Shown: positions 8,803-17,005 of the stretch, one piece after another | Numbering within the stretch: position 1 is the first letter of the stretch | Layout: each line of letters starts with the position of its first letter | Source: an uncultured Planctomycetales bacterium | Lineage (GTDB): Bacteria > Omnitrophota > Gorgyraeia > Zapsychrales > Fredricksoniimonadaceae | Direction: 5' to 3' | DNA length: 42,013 nucleotides | NCBI GenBank assembly: GCA_964532095.1 | Contig: CAZHGK010000006.1 | Location: 1 to 42,013, forward strand | Translations under genes and position numbers: made by a program | Notes under the pieces: model-generated | The model's input: only the letters and a program-made list of their open reading frames with translations | Told to the model about the DNA's origin: nothing | Database searches by the model: none

Positions 8803-10476
8803 ATGGCAAGGGTCTACGAATTAAAAATTAATAATTTCAGGGGGATTAAAAGCTTTTCCCAAAAATTCAATAAGCATTTTAATTGCATATTAGGTCGTGG
8901 CGACTCTTGTAAGACAACAATTTTAGATGCTATTGCTTATGTGTTATCTCCGAGTTGGAATCCTTCTTTTTATGATAGTGATTTTTATGGTGGGAATCCC
9001 AATGACCTTATAGTGATCGAAGCATCCTTAGTTACCGTCCCGAATGAATTGATAAATGAAGATAAGTACGGGCTTTACATTAGGGGGCTTGATAATAATG
9101 GCAATATACAGGATGAAGTACAAACTGATCATGAAAAAATTATGACGGTAAGGCTTGAAGTCGGAAAAGATTTAGAACCACAGTGGTACGTGATTAGTAA
9201 CAGACAAGACCCTATGAGAATGCCATCCGTAGATAGGGCAAAATTAAATGTATTCATGGTTTCTGATTATATTGATCGGCATTTTTCTTGGAGCAAAGGT
9301 AATCCTTTATATTCGATTTTAAAAGAACTGCCGTCTACTGCTGAAAAGAAAAACGACGTTATCATTGAGGCATTGCGTGAAGCGAAAGAAAAAATAGATC
9401 AGGAAAGTTTTAGTCAGTTTAATGATGTCACGAATCGCATAAAGAAAGTTTCATCAAATCTTGGTATTGATTTGTCTGGGGCAAAAACTACTATTGATTT
9501 CAGAGACGTGACCATAAAGGACGGGAGGGTCTGCCTTCATGATGGTGATGTTCCATTACGATTGAAAGGCAAAGGAACGAAAAGATTGATTTCAATAGCA
9601 ATACAAACGATCCTTGTTCAACAAGGTGGAATTATGTTGATTGATGAGGTGGAACAAGGGCTGGAACCTGACAGAGTTAAACATTTGGTCAGATCTTTAA
9701 AGAAAGATAATCCTGGTCAAATATTTATCACCACTCATTCAAGTGAAGCGATAACAGAGTTGGATATCGAGGATTTGGTTATTATAAACAATCAGGGAGG
9801 CGTTATTACGGCATCTGCTCCAAACAAAGATTTTCAGAACGTCGTTAGGGCCTGTCCAGAAGCTGGATTTGCAAAGAAGGTCATTGTTTGTGAGGGAAAA
9901 ACAGAAATAGGAATTTGTCGGGCGTTAGATAGTTATCGTAAAGATTCCGGCAAGGAGTACATGTCAGTAAAAGATTGCGTCTATGTTGATGGGGATGGCG
10001 GGAGCAATTTTACGGACAGGGCTTTAAAATTGAACGATTTTGGAAAAGACGTTGCTGTTTTCTGTGATTCAGATGCTGATAGCAATCTGAATCCTTCCAA
10101 AAGTGATTTAACTGCAAAGTCGATCAAGATATTTGATTGTGAAGCTGGTAATTCCATTGAAGCTCAGGCCTTTAATGATTTGCCATGGGACGGGATTAAA
10201 GAGCTTTTTTTGTATGGAGAGAAGATAACTTCAGAGGCAATCGTTTTAAACAGCATTAAAAGTGAGCATGGAAATGGTTTGTCTGATAATTGGAAAGATG
10301 TGGATGCCGCAAATACGCGGTTAGCTTTAGGGAAAGCCGCCAAAAATTGCAAATGGTTTAAGCGTATTGATCAGGGAGAATTTCTTGGGTCGGTCATTTT
10401 AAAATATTTGGGTGATATGAATAATAAAAAAATAAAAGAGCAGTTAGAAAACCTTTCAAATTGGATAGATGCATAA
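8803..10476 (+). CDS. OLD-family nuclease (ABC-type ATPase + Toprim), class 2 / GajA-like
   Basis: N-terminal ATPase motifs: degenerate P-loop GRGDSCKTT, signature-like KGKGTKRL, Walker B IMLIDEVEQGLEP, and TTHS. C-terminal Toprim motifs VIVCEGKTE and FCDSDAD. The next gene is a UvrD-like helicase. Confidence 0.8.
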   Translation: MARVYELKINNFRGIKSFSQKFNKHFNCILGRGDSCKTTILDAIAYVLSPSWNPSFYDSDFYGGNPNDLIVIEASLVTVPNELINEDKYGLYIRGLDNNGNIQDEVQTDHEKIMTVRLEVGKDLEPQWYVISNRQDPMRMPSVDRAKLNVFMVSDYIDRHFSWSKGNPLYSILKELPSTAEKKNDVIIEALREAKEKIDQESFSQFNDVTNRIKKVSSNLGIDLSGAKTTIDFRDVTIKDGRVCLHDGDVPLRLKGKGTKRLISIAIQTILVQQGGIMLIDEVEQGLEPDRVKHLVRSLKKDNPGQIFITTHSSEAITELDIEDLVIINNQGGVITASAPNKDFQNVVRACPEAGFAKKVIVCEGKTEIGICRALDSYRKDSGKEYMSVKDCVYVDGDGGSNFTDRALKLNDFGKDVAVFCDSDADSNLNPSKSDLTAKSIKIFDCEAGNSIEAQAFNDLPWDGIKELFLYGEKITSEAIVLNSIKSEHGNGLSDNWKDVDAANTRLALGKAAKNCKWFKRIDQGEFLGSVILKYLGDMNNKKIKEQLENLSNWIDA

Positions 10477-11894
10477 TGAATCATTCGGAGTTTATTTCTA
10501 AACCTAAAATTATGGTAATTGCTCCTGCTGGTTATGGAAAGACGCATGCCATTGCTGAATGTTTAAAACACACAAAAGGGAAGCAGCTGATTTTAACTCA
10601 TACGCATGCGGGAGTAGCTTCTTTAAAAGATAAAATACACGAGCTGGGCGTTGAAACAGATCGGTATCGCGTTGAGACTATTACTGGTTTTGCCCAGAAA
10701 TATGTTAAAGCTTTTTATTGCGGACAAGATGTGCCGGAGCAGGAGAATTCAGAAGCGTATTATCCGTTTTTAATCGAAAAAGCACGAATTATATTAAATA
10801 TGCTTCCTATTCGTAATGTTATTAAAGAGACATATTCAGGGTTATTTGTTGATGAATATCAGGATTGTACTAAGAATCAACATGATCTGATCGCCGTTTT
10901 GGTTGACATATTACCGACACGTATTTTAGGAGATTATCTTCAAGGAATTTTCGATTTTAAGGGGCAGGCACTGGTAGATTTTAATAGTGATTTACAAGGC
11001 TTTGAACGATACCCAGATTTAGAAAATCCATGGCGCTGGAAAAACACGAATCCCAATTTGGGTGATGAATTGAAAAAGATTAGAGTCAAGATCGAGGGTA
11101 AGGAAAATATAGATTTGAGTCTACACGAAGCGCATATTGAAGTCGTGCAGGCAGATGAACAGGATAAATTTACATACAATTCAAATTATAATAAAAAGAT
11201 CTGGGATTTGACCAAAGAGGACAATGTGCTAATTATGCATCCCGAAAGCGGCAGTCTTGCCGTAAGAAAAGATTTTGTAAGTCGATTTAAGAATGCCTTT
11301 GGTTTAATTGAAGCTATTGATCATAAGGATTTTTATGAGTTCTCGCGGAAGCTAGATTCAATAAGTATCAGCAATGTTTACGCTGTCATTTATAATTTAA
11401 TTCCTGAAGTATTTAACGGTACGTCGAGCAGGGATATATGGTTTAGTCAAAACGGCGTTAAAAATAAAAGAAATGTCAGTGACAAGGCTTTGATTGCTCC
11501 ATTAGTAGAGAATATTGCTGAATTGAAGCAAAAGATTTCTTTCGCGATGATCGCTAATGTTTTAAAGCAAGTCAAAGATTTGCCTGATATTAAGTGTTGG
11601 CGAACAGAGCTTTTTTGGGATTTATGTAAAGCGTTAGAGAAGGCCGATCATAAAAAGATTTCGGTGTACGAGGCAATGAAAGAAATAAGAAATGTTAAAA
11701 GAAAATTTGGGAGAAGAGTAAGTGGCAGATGTATCGGTACGACTTTATTAACAAAAGGACTTGAGTTTGATACGGTAGCTATATTGGATGCTCATAAATT
11801 TAGATGTCGCAAGAATTTTTATGTTGCGGTCACAAGGGCGTGTAAGAAATTGATAATTTTTACAAACAACAAGGTTATTTCGTTGTTAAATTAA
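10476..11894 (+). CDS. SF1 UvrD/PcrA-like helicase, GajB-like
   Basis: Motifs APAGYGKTH (I), FVDEYQD (II), GDYLQGIFDF (III), TKGLEFDTV (V), YVAVTRACKKLII (VI). The ATG at 10476 overlaps the upstream stop as TAATG; the ORF-track TTG at 10461 is the alternative start. Confidence 0.85.
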   Translation: MNHSEFISKPKIMVIAPAGYGKTHAIAECLKHTKGKQLILTHTHAGVASLKDKIHELGVETDRYRVETITGFAQKYVKAFYCGQDVPEQENSEAYYPFLIEKARIILNMLPIRNVIKETYSGLFVDEYQDCTKNQHDLIAVLVDILPTRILGDYLQGIFDFKGQALVDFNSDLQGFERYPDLENPWRWKNTNPNLGDELKKIRVKIEGKENIDLSLHEAHIEVVQADEQDKFTYNSNYNKKIWDLTKEDNVLIMHPESGSLAVRKDFVSRFKNAFGLIEAIDHKDFYEFSRKLDSISISNVYAVIYNLIPEVFNGTSSRDIWFSQNGVKNKRNVSDKALIAPLVENIAELKQKISFAMIANVLKQVKDLPDIKCWRTELFWDLCKALEKADHKKISVYEAMKEIRNVKRKFGRRVSGRCIGTTLLTKGLEFDTVAILDAHKFRCRKNFYVAVTRACKKLIIFTNNKVISLLN

Positions 11895-11899
11895 TTCTT

Positions 11900-12460
11900 A
11901 TGTTGACGCTTCGCTTAACCAGTAAAGCTTTGAATGAATTACCGCTCCCCAAGTCAGCCGTCTTGACCTTGCCCGAGCATGGGAGCGTGTTGGAAGATTG
12001 GTATGTGCATGTGTTTGTCCATGAAAAGCGGCGGCATTTGATGTTTACGCACGCGGGGTCGCTGGTGTCGTTTGTGGCATCCGGCGTTTATCAGCGTGAT
12101 ATGAAGGATTTGGAAAAGATTTTCAGGCGGGAGTTTAGCCGGTTTCTGGTGTTTGAGAAATTTGACCAGCAGGATATTTTGATGTTCCAATTAGCCTTGG
12201 GTGATATGCGTTTGGCCAAGACCATTGACCGCAGGGTCACAGGGTCGATGGTTCAACTCATTGAGAATTATAAATGGTATGTGAGCGACGCGTATAATCA
12301 TAAGGAGCATGCGCCAGAGGATTATGCGCTCTATGAATTAAACCGTATTCCCCTGGGGGCTTTAAAATATGCGTTTGCCATTGAAAATTTCCATAAAACC
12401 GTGGACGCGCTCAAAGGGTTTCACCACATCCCCGGGCAAGGGGTTGTGGGGTTGAATTAG
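11900..12460 (+). CDS. Hypothetical protein, compositionally foreign. It resembles an uncharacterised DUF-type family from memory (possibly DUF6933), unverified.
   Basis: 186-aa ORF starting 5 nt after the helicase stop. Its 5' third is about 50-60% G+C, against about 37% in the flanking genes. No motif I can assign. Confidence 0.65.
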   Translation: MLTLRLTSKALNELPLPKSAVLTLPEHGSVLEDWYVHVFVHEKRRHLMFTHAGSLVSFVASGVYQRDMKDLEKIFRREFSRFLVFEKFDQQDILMFQLALGDMRLAKTIDRRVTGSMVQLIENYKWYVSDAYNHKEHAPEDYALYELNRIPLGALKYAFAIENFHKTVDALKGFHHIPGQGVVGLN

Positions 12461-12471
12461 GAGATATTTAG

Positions 12472-13521
12472 ATGGATGAAACGACAAAATCAGAAATAAT
12501 TCTATATAAAACGGATGATGGCAAGGTAAAGCTAGAAGTCCGGCTTGAAAATGAAACAGTTTGGATGAGTCAGAAATTGATGGCTGAATTGTTTCAAAAA
12601 GATGTTCGTACCATTAATGAACATTTGAATAACATTTATGCAGAAGGTGAGCTTCAATCAAAAGCAACTATCCGGAAATTCCGGATAGTTCAAAAAGAAG
12701 GCGTTCGTGAAGTAGCTCGTGAAGTCGATTTTTATAATTTAGAGGTAATTATTGCGGTTGGTTACCGGGTCAAATCTCAGAGGGGTACCCAATTTAGACA
12801 GTGGGCGACCCAACGTCTTAATGAGTATTTGGTTAAAGGTTTTACCATGGACGATGATCGCCTCAAGGAAGGCGTAAATATTGGCTCTGATTATTTTGAT
12901 GAAATCCTCGAGCGTATCAGGGATATCCGCTCAAGTGAAAAACGATTTTATCAAAAAATACGGGATATTTATAAACTAGCAGTTGATTATGATCCTAAAG
13001 CTGAAGAAACTTTGGAATTTTTTAGGATAGTTCAGAATAAGCTGCATTTTGCTATTTCAGGAAAAACAGCCGCTGAATTGATTGCTGAACGTGCAGATTC
13101 GTCAAAACCCAATATGGGATTAACTTCTTGGAAAGGATCTAAGGTTCGTCCAGGAGATGTAATAATTGCTAAAAATTATCTTAATGCTACAGAAATTGAA
13201 GGTCTAAATCGAATTGTGACCATGTATCTGGATTATGCTGAAGATCAAGCCAAACGCCATAAGCAGATATTTATCAAGGACTGGCGGCAAAAGTTGGATG
13301 CTTTTCTTAAGTTCAATGAACGGGATATTTTGAATAATGCCGGGAAGGTGGCCAAAGAAGTTGCTGATAATTTAGCGCTCGAAGAGTACGAGCGTTTTAA
13401 TACAAAACGATTAAAGAAGGAAGTTAAAGACGAGACGCTAGCTGATGATGCAGAGTTCAAGTTGATCGAAGATACGATAAAGAAAATCCCCAAGACCAAA
13501 AAGCAAGCTAAAAAGCGCTAA
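12472..13521 (+). CDS. RhuM-family protein
   Basis: The N-terminal region ILYKTDDGKVKLEVRLENETVWMSQKLMAELF...VIIAVGYRVKSQRGTQFRQWATQRL matches my memory of the RhuM family, which often sits in type I R-M loci. GGAG lies 8 nt upstream of the ATG. Confidence 0.8.
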   Translation: MDETTKSEIILYKTDDGKVKLEVRLENETVWMSQKLMAELFQKDVRTINEHLNNIYAEGELQSKATIRKFRIVQKEGVREVAREVDFYNLEVIIAVGYRVKSQRGTQFRQWATQRLNEYLVKGFTMDDDRLKEGVNIGSDYFDEILERIRDIRSSEKRFYQKIRDIYKLAVDYDPKAEETLEFFRIVQNKLHFAISGKTAAELIAERADSSKPNMGLTSWKGSKVRPGDVIIAKNYLNATEIEGLNRIVTMYLDYAEDQAKRHKQIFIKDWRQKLDAFLKFNERDILNNAGKVAKEVADNLALEEYERFNTKRLKKEVKDETLADDAEFKLIEDTIKKIPKTKKQAKKR

Positions 13522-13658
13522 TAAACCATAAAAAGACCTATTACTTTTCATTTCTACAACTAGATATAATATATGTTATGTTAACCATTTATATAGGAAA
13601 TCGCTTGAATTAGCCTTTATGCTGTAGCTTTACTCTTCATTGGTTTTTTGCTTGAAAT

Positions 13659-14657
13659 TTACATCATTTGGTAGCGTGCTGCGCGGGTATTTCCCTTCTT
13701 AATCACTATCCCAGCCTTAACTAATGGCGCAATCAGCTGGTTCACTCTAGCTCGATTAATATCCATTATTTTGCTAATTTGGCTGGAACCTATATCTTCC
13801 TGTTTCTTTACTATTTCTAGTAATTCTTTTTGTTTTGGCGTCCATTGACCGCTATTAATTTTCATATTGGCCAATTGCTTACTTAACTGTTCAATGCTTT
13901 TTAAAAGACCTTGAGAAAAATAGTCAATCCAATAGGTATAATCACCATCCATATCATCGGTTTCTCGAAGCATTTGGTAGTATTTAGCACGATCTGCAGC
14001 AAAGTATTCATCCAGACCTAAAGAATATGTCGATTTATATCCTTGTTGTATCAAAATCCATTGTGACAAAGCTCTCGCCATCCTACCATTTCCATCTGTA
14101 AATGGATGAATCGTGACAAATTCATGATGAAAAATGGCGCTCAATACCACTGCGTCTTCGTTTTCGGCATTTTTAAGCCACGACAATAGTTTTTTCATTC
14201 GCTTTTTAACATCTTGAGGTTTTGGAGGTGTAAAAATTATTTTGCGTCTTGCATTAACTACGTAATTTTGTATTTTTCTCCAATGACCACTGCGTTTAGG
14301 TGAAAGCAAATTTTTAGTCATTAGAGCATGTAAGTTAAGAATTCGGTTGGAATTTAAAGGGAGTTTAGAGTTTTTAATTACCCATTGCATGGCATTAATG
14401 CAGTTTCTGACTTCAAGTTTTTGGTCTTCTTGAGCAATAACGTCTTTTCCTTCAACAAGCGCAGAGACTTGAGCTAAGGATAAGGTGTTTCCTTCAATCC
14501 ACGTAGAAGAATGAATATCTCGACTGAATGCTTGTTGGCTGATTTCCTTCCAGATCGATGGGTTTAGGGAATATTTTTCCAGAGCTTTAGATAGTAAAGC
14601 AATTCGCTGGAGATTGTTAACAAAATAGTTTGTTATGCGATAAGTTGGTTTAAACAT
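13659..14657 (-). CDS. Class II Fic protein (AMP-transferase type) with C-terminal winged-helix domain
   Basis: Canonical Fic motif HPFTDGNGRMARAL. An N-terminal inhibitory-helix motif STWIEGN ([ST]xxxE[GN]). The C-terminal segment QISKIMDINRARVNQLIAPLVKAGIV looks like a wHTH. Confidence 0.9.
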   Translation of the reverse strand: MFKPTYRITNYFVNNLQRIALLSKALEKYSLNPSIWKEISQQAFSRDIHSSTWIEGNTLSLAQVSALVEGKDVIAQEDQKLEVRNCINAMQWVIKNSKLPLNSNRILNLHALMTKNLLSPKRSGHWRKIQNYVVNARRKIIFTPPKPQDVKKRMKKLLSWLKNAENEDAVVLSAIFHHEFVTIHPFTDGNGRMARALSQWILIQQGYKSTYSLGLDEYFAADRAKYYQMLRETDDMDGDYTYWIDYFSQGLLKSIEQLSKQLANMKINSGQWTPKQKELLEIVKKQEDIGSSQISKIMDINRARVNQLIAPLVKAGIVIKKGNTRAARYQMM

Positions 14658-14674
14658 GTATAAAGCATATCACA

Positions 14675-14730
14675 TTGTATAGGAATTGTATAGGTTGTTG
14701 TATAGGTTGTTGTATAGGTTGTTGTATAGG
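14675..14730. repeat. Iteron-like tandem array, 5 x TTGTATAGG
   Basis: Copies start at 14675, 14686, 14698, 14710 and 14722 (spacing 11, 12, 12, 12). The last three are perfect 12-mers TTGTTGTATAGG. GGCCGGCC follows. The array fills the 82-nt gap between the M48 stop and the Fic start. Confidence 0.9.
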
Positions 14731-14739
14731 GCCGGCCAA

Positions 14740-15441
14740 TCAAATGATCAACAATCTCCCGTTTTCTTTTAACCAGCGCTCATGGTCCATATAATCCGGC
14801 ATCATTTGCCCAACTTCCCGCCAAAACCTCGCAGAATGGTTCATATGCCTCACATGAGCTAGCTCATGGATAATCACATAATCCACTACAGCCGCGGGTG
14901 CCATAATCAATCTCCAGGTGAAATTAAGCAAACCACCGGTTACGCAGGAACCCCAACGCGTCCTGGCATCCCTGATTTTGATGCTTTTATAGGCAATCCC
15001 AAAATTCTTTGCTAAATCATCAACCCTGGACGTTATATGGTTTTTCGCCTGGATTTGATACCAAACCAATACCTGGTCCCGACGGTTTTTAACCACATCA
15101 GCCACTTTAAGGAAACCATGTTCTAAAACCACTGCGTGGGATATGTCCGAACTGATTTTAAGCGGATACGATTGCCCTAAAAATAAAAATTGTTCATGTT
15201 CTTCAAATTGTTTGGGTTTGCTTTTGGGCCTGGCTAACATGCGGGATTTTTGGTGGGTAATCCAATGTGACTTTTGCTGGATTAAACGTTCAACCAATTC
15301 AAGCGGCATATGCAACGGAACGCGCGCAGTCACATGTCCGTCTAAGGAAATGCTTAAAGAAATACTCCGGCGTTTGGTACGGATAACCGTATCAACACCC
15401 TGGATGTTTAAATTATCGACCGTAAGCCGAACATATACCAT
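14740..15441 (-). CDS. DUF45/YgjP-type M48-family zinc metallopeptidase
   Basis: HELAHVRHMNHSARFW (HExxH). The family is commonly linked to type I R-M hsdR genes. Confidence 0.85.
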   Translation of the reverse strand: MVYVRLTVDNLNIQGVDTVIRTKRRSISLSISLDGHVTARVPLHMPLELVERLIQQKSHWITHQKSRMLARPKSKPKQFEEHEQFLFLGQSYPLKISSDISHAVVLEHGFLKVADVVKNRRDQVLVWYQIQAKNHITSRVDDLAKNFGIAYKSIKIRDARTRWGSCVTGGLLNFTWRLIMAPAAVVDYVIIHELAHVRHMNHSARFWREVGQMMPDYMDHERWLKENGRLLII

Positions 15442-15956
15442 AAATTCGACGCAATATGCGTGCCTGCTTGTGACTGGGACAATATAAAATCATGCATGTG
15501 GTGATCTTCAACTAACTTCACTTCAATATCTTCCGAAGGTTCTAATTCTTGTTGCGGATTTTTATTTTCAGGCGTGTTTTCATCCACTTCAATGTAAATC
15601 ACCCGGCCTTTGTCGTCGATTAAAGACGCTCCTGCAGACAAAACAGGGCTAATGTTTTTAATCACACCTGTATAACCGGTTTCTTCTTTTAATTCTACCA
15701 AGGCGTGTTGCGGATCATCAAAAGCCAATCCCGCCGGAAAAGCTAAAATATACCCATTAATGGCTGGCCGGTATTGCTTAATGAGAATAAATCTCTTCGA
15801 CGGCATCAAACGCGCCACTACCACAACGCCGACGGAGCTTTTCTTGCGGCGCACAGTTTCCCACGTTAATTCTTTCCCTGTTTTGCTGGTATAAGAAATT
15901 TCACACAGGCTGATCCATTGCCCTTCAAATAATATTTTTTCGCCAGTTTTTTTCAT
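15408..15956 (-). CDS. NUDIX hydrolase
   Basis: Nudix-box-like PAGLAFDDPQHALVELKEETGY. 4-nt overlap with the upstream MscS gene. Confidence 0.8.
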   Translation of the reverse strand: MKKTGEKILFEGQWISLCEISYTSKTGKELTWETVRRKKSSVGVVVVARLMPSKRFILIKQYRPAINGYILAFPAGLAFDDPQHALVELKEETGYTGVIKNISPVLSAGASLIDDKGRVIYIEVDENTPENKNPQQELEPSEDIEVKLVEDHHMHDFILSQSQAGTHIASNLWYMFGLRSII

Positions 15957-16996
15957 TTAATAACCGGAGGAATAATTTCAATAGTCCGCGTTGGATAAGG
16001 GATCATAATCCCTTCCTGCTTGAAACGTTCATGCACGCGTAAGATGAATTCATGCTTTAAAATGGCCTGGTCTTTATGTTCCTTGGCGCGCAATACCACA
16101 GTGCAATTTATCCCGGAATCCCCTAAGGTGTGCATGCGCACAACAGGATCAAATTCAGCTACTCCTCCCTCCACATTTTTAAGCACATCCTTAGCAACTT
16201 CCAAGGTCACCCGCTCAACTTTCTTTAAATCGGAATTGTAATGCACACATAATTCAATAGGGACAACCAATTCACGATCCGGCAGGTAATAATTCGTGAT
16301 AATTGTTTGGGCTAATTTAGTATTAGGAACAAGCACCACGCTGTTAGTTGAAATGCGGATCTTGGTCATACGCCAGTTAATATCAATAACATAACCTTCT
16401 TGCCCGGTTTCCAGCTTAATATAATCCCCAATCCTGATTTGCCGACTGACAATGACGTGAAAACCTGCAAATAGGTTTGATAAGGTATCCTGCAATGCCA
16501 AGGCAACAGCTAAACCACCTACGCCCAATGTTGCCAAGATTGGGGTAATGGAAATCCCTAAGCTGTTTAACACAACTAAAACACCGACGACAAATATAAT
16601 AATTCGCGTGATGTTTTGTGTTAATGATGTAACCGGCAAGGCAGAATCAATACGGCTGGCATAAACCTTGATAATGCCAGATGCCAAATTATTTAACACC
16701 AAGGTGACGGAGATAATCCCTAAAATAAGGATGATCTTATCAGCCACCAGGATGTATTTCTCCGCAAGGGTTGAGAAATGCAAAGCAACGTTAACTGCCA
16801 CCATCACTGTCCAAATCATGAACGGACGATAGATTGCATCTATAATAATATCGTCGAGTTTGCTAGATGTTTTCTGGCTCCATTGCGCAAGTTTACGAAA
16901 CAAAATTTGCCGGATTAAATAGCCCACTAGCACAGCCACAATAAAGATGACTAATGGTTCTAACACAACGGATAAATGTTGCCATTCGGTATTCAT
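15953..16996 (-). CDS. Mechanosensitive ion channel (MscS family)
   Basis: N-terminal TM helices followed by the MscS beta-domain region (GDYIKLETGQEGYVIDINWRMTKI). Confidence 0.9.
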   Translation of the reverse strand: MNTEWQHLSVVLEPLVIFIVAVLVGYLIRQILFRKLAQWSQKTSSKLDDIIIDAIYRPFMIWTVMVAVNVALHFSTLAEKYILVADKIILILGIISVTLVLNNLASGIIKVYASRIDSALPVTSLTQNITRIIIFVVGVLVVLNSLGISITPILATLGVGGLAVALALQDTLSNLFAGFHVIVSRQIRIGDYIKLETGQEGYVIDINWRMTKIRISTNSVVLVPNTKLAQTIITNYYLPDRELVVPIELCVHYNSDLKKVERVTLEVAKDVLKNVEGGVAEFDPVVRMHTLGDSGINCTVVLRAKEHKDQAILKHEFILRVHERFKQEGIMIPYPTRTIEIIPPVIK

Positions 16997-17005
16997 GCTA
17001 ATTCC

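Noticed and set aside
10461-10475. TTG start at 10461 for the helicase (ORF-track call)
   Set aside because: The ATG at 10476 forms a TAATG stop/start overlap identical to the hsdR/hsdM junction. It leaves the conserved motif I at a normal distance from the N-terminus, so the ATG is preferred. The TTG remains possible.
780-14740. Direct repeats or att-like sequences delimiting the whole defence island
   Set aside because: Visual comparison of the left (771-911) and right (14658-14739, 15441-15490) borders showed no shared repeat. The tRNA-derived repeats are more than 20 kb away, with core genes in between, so they cannot bound this island.
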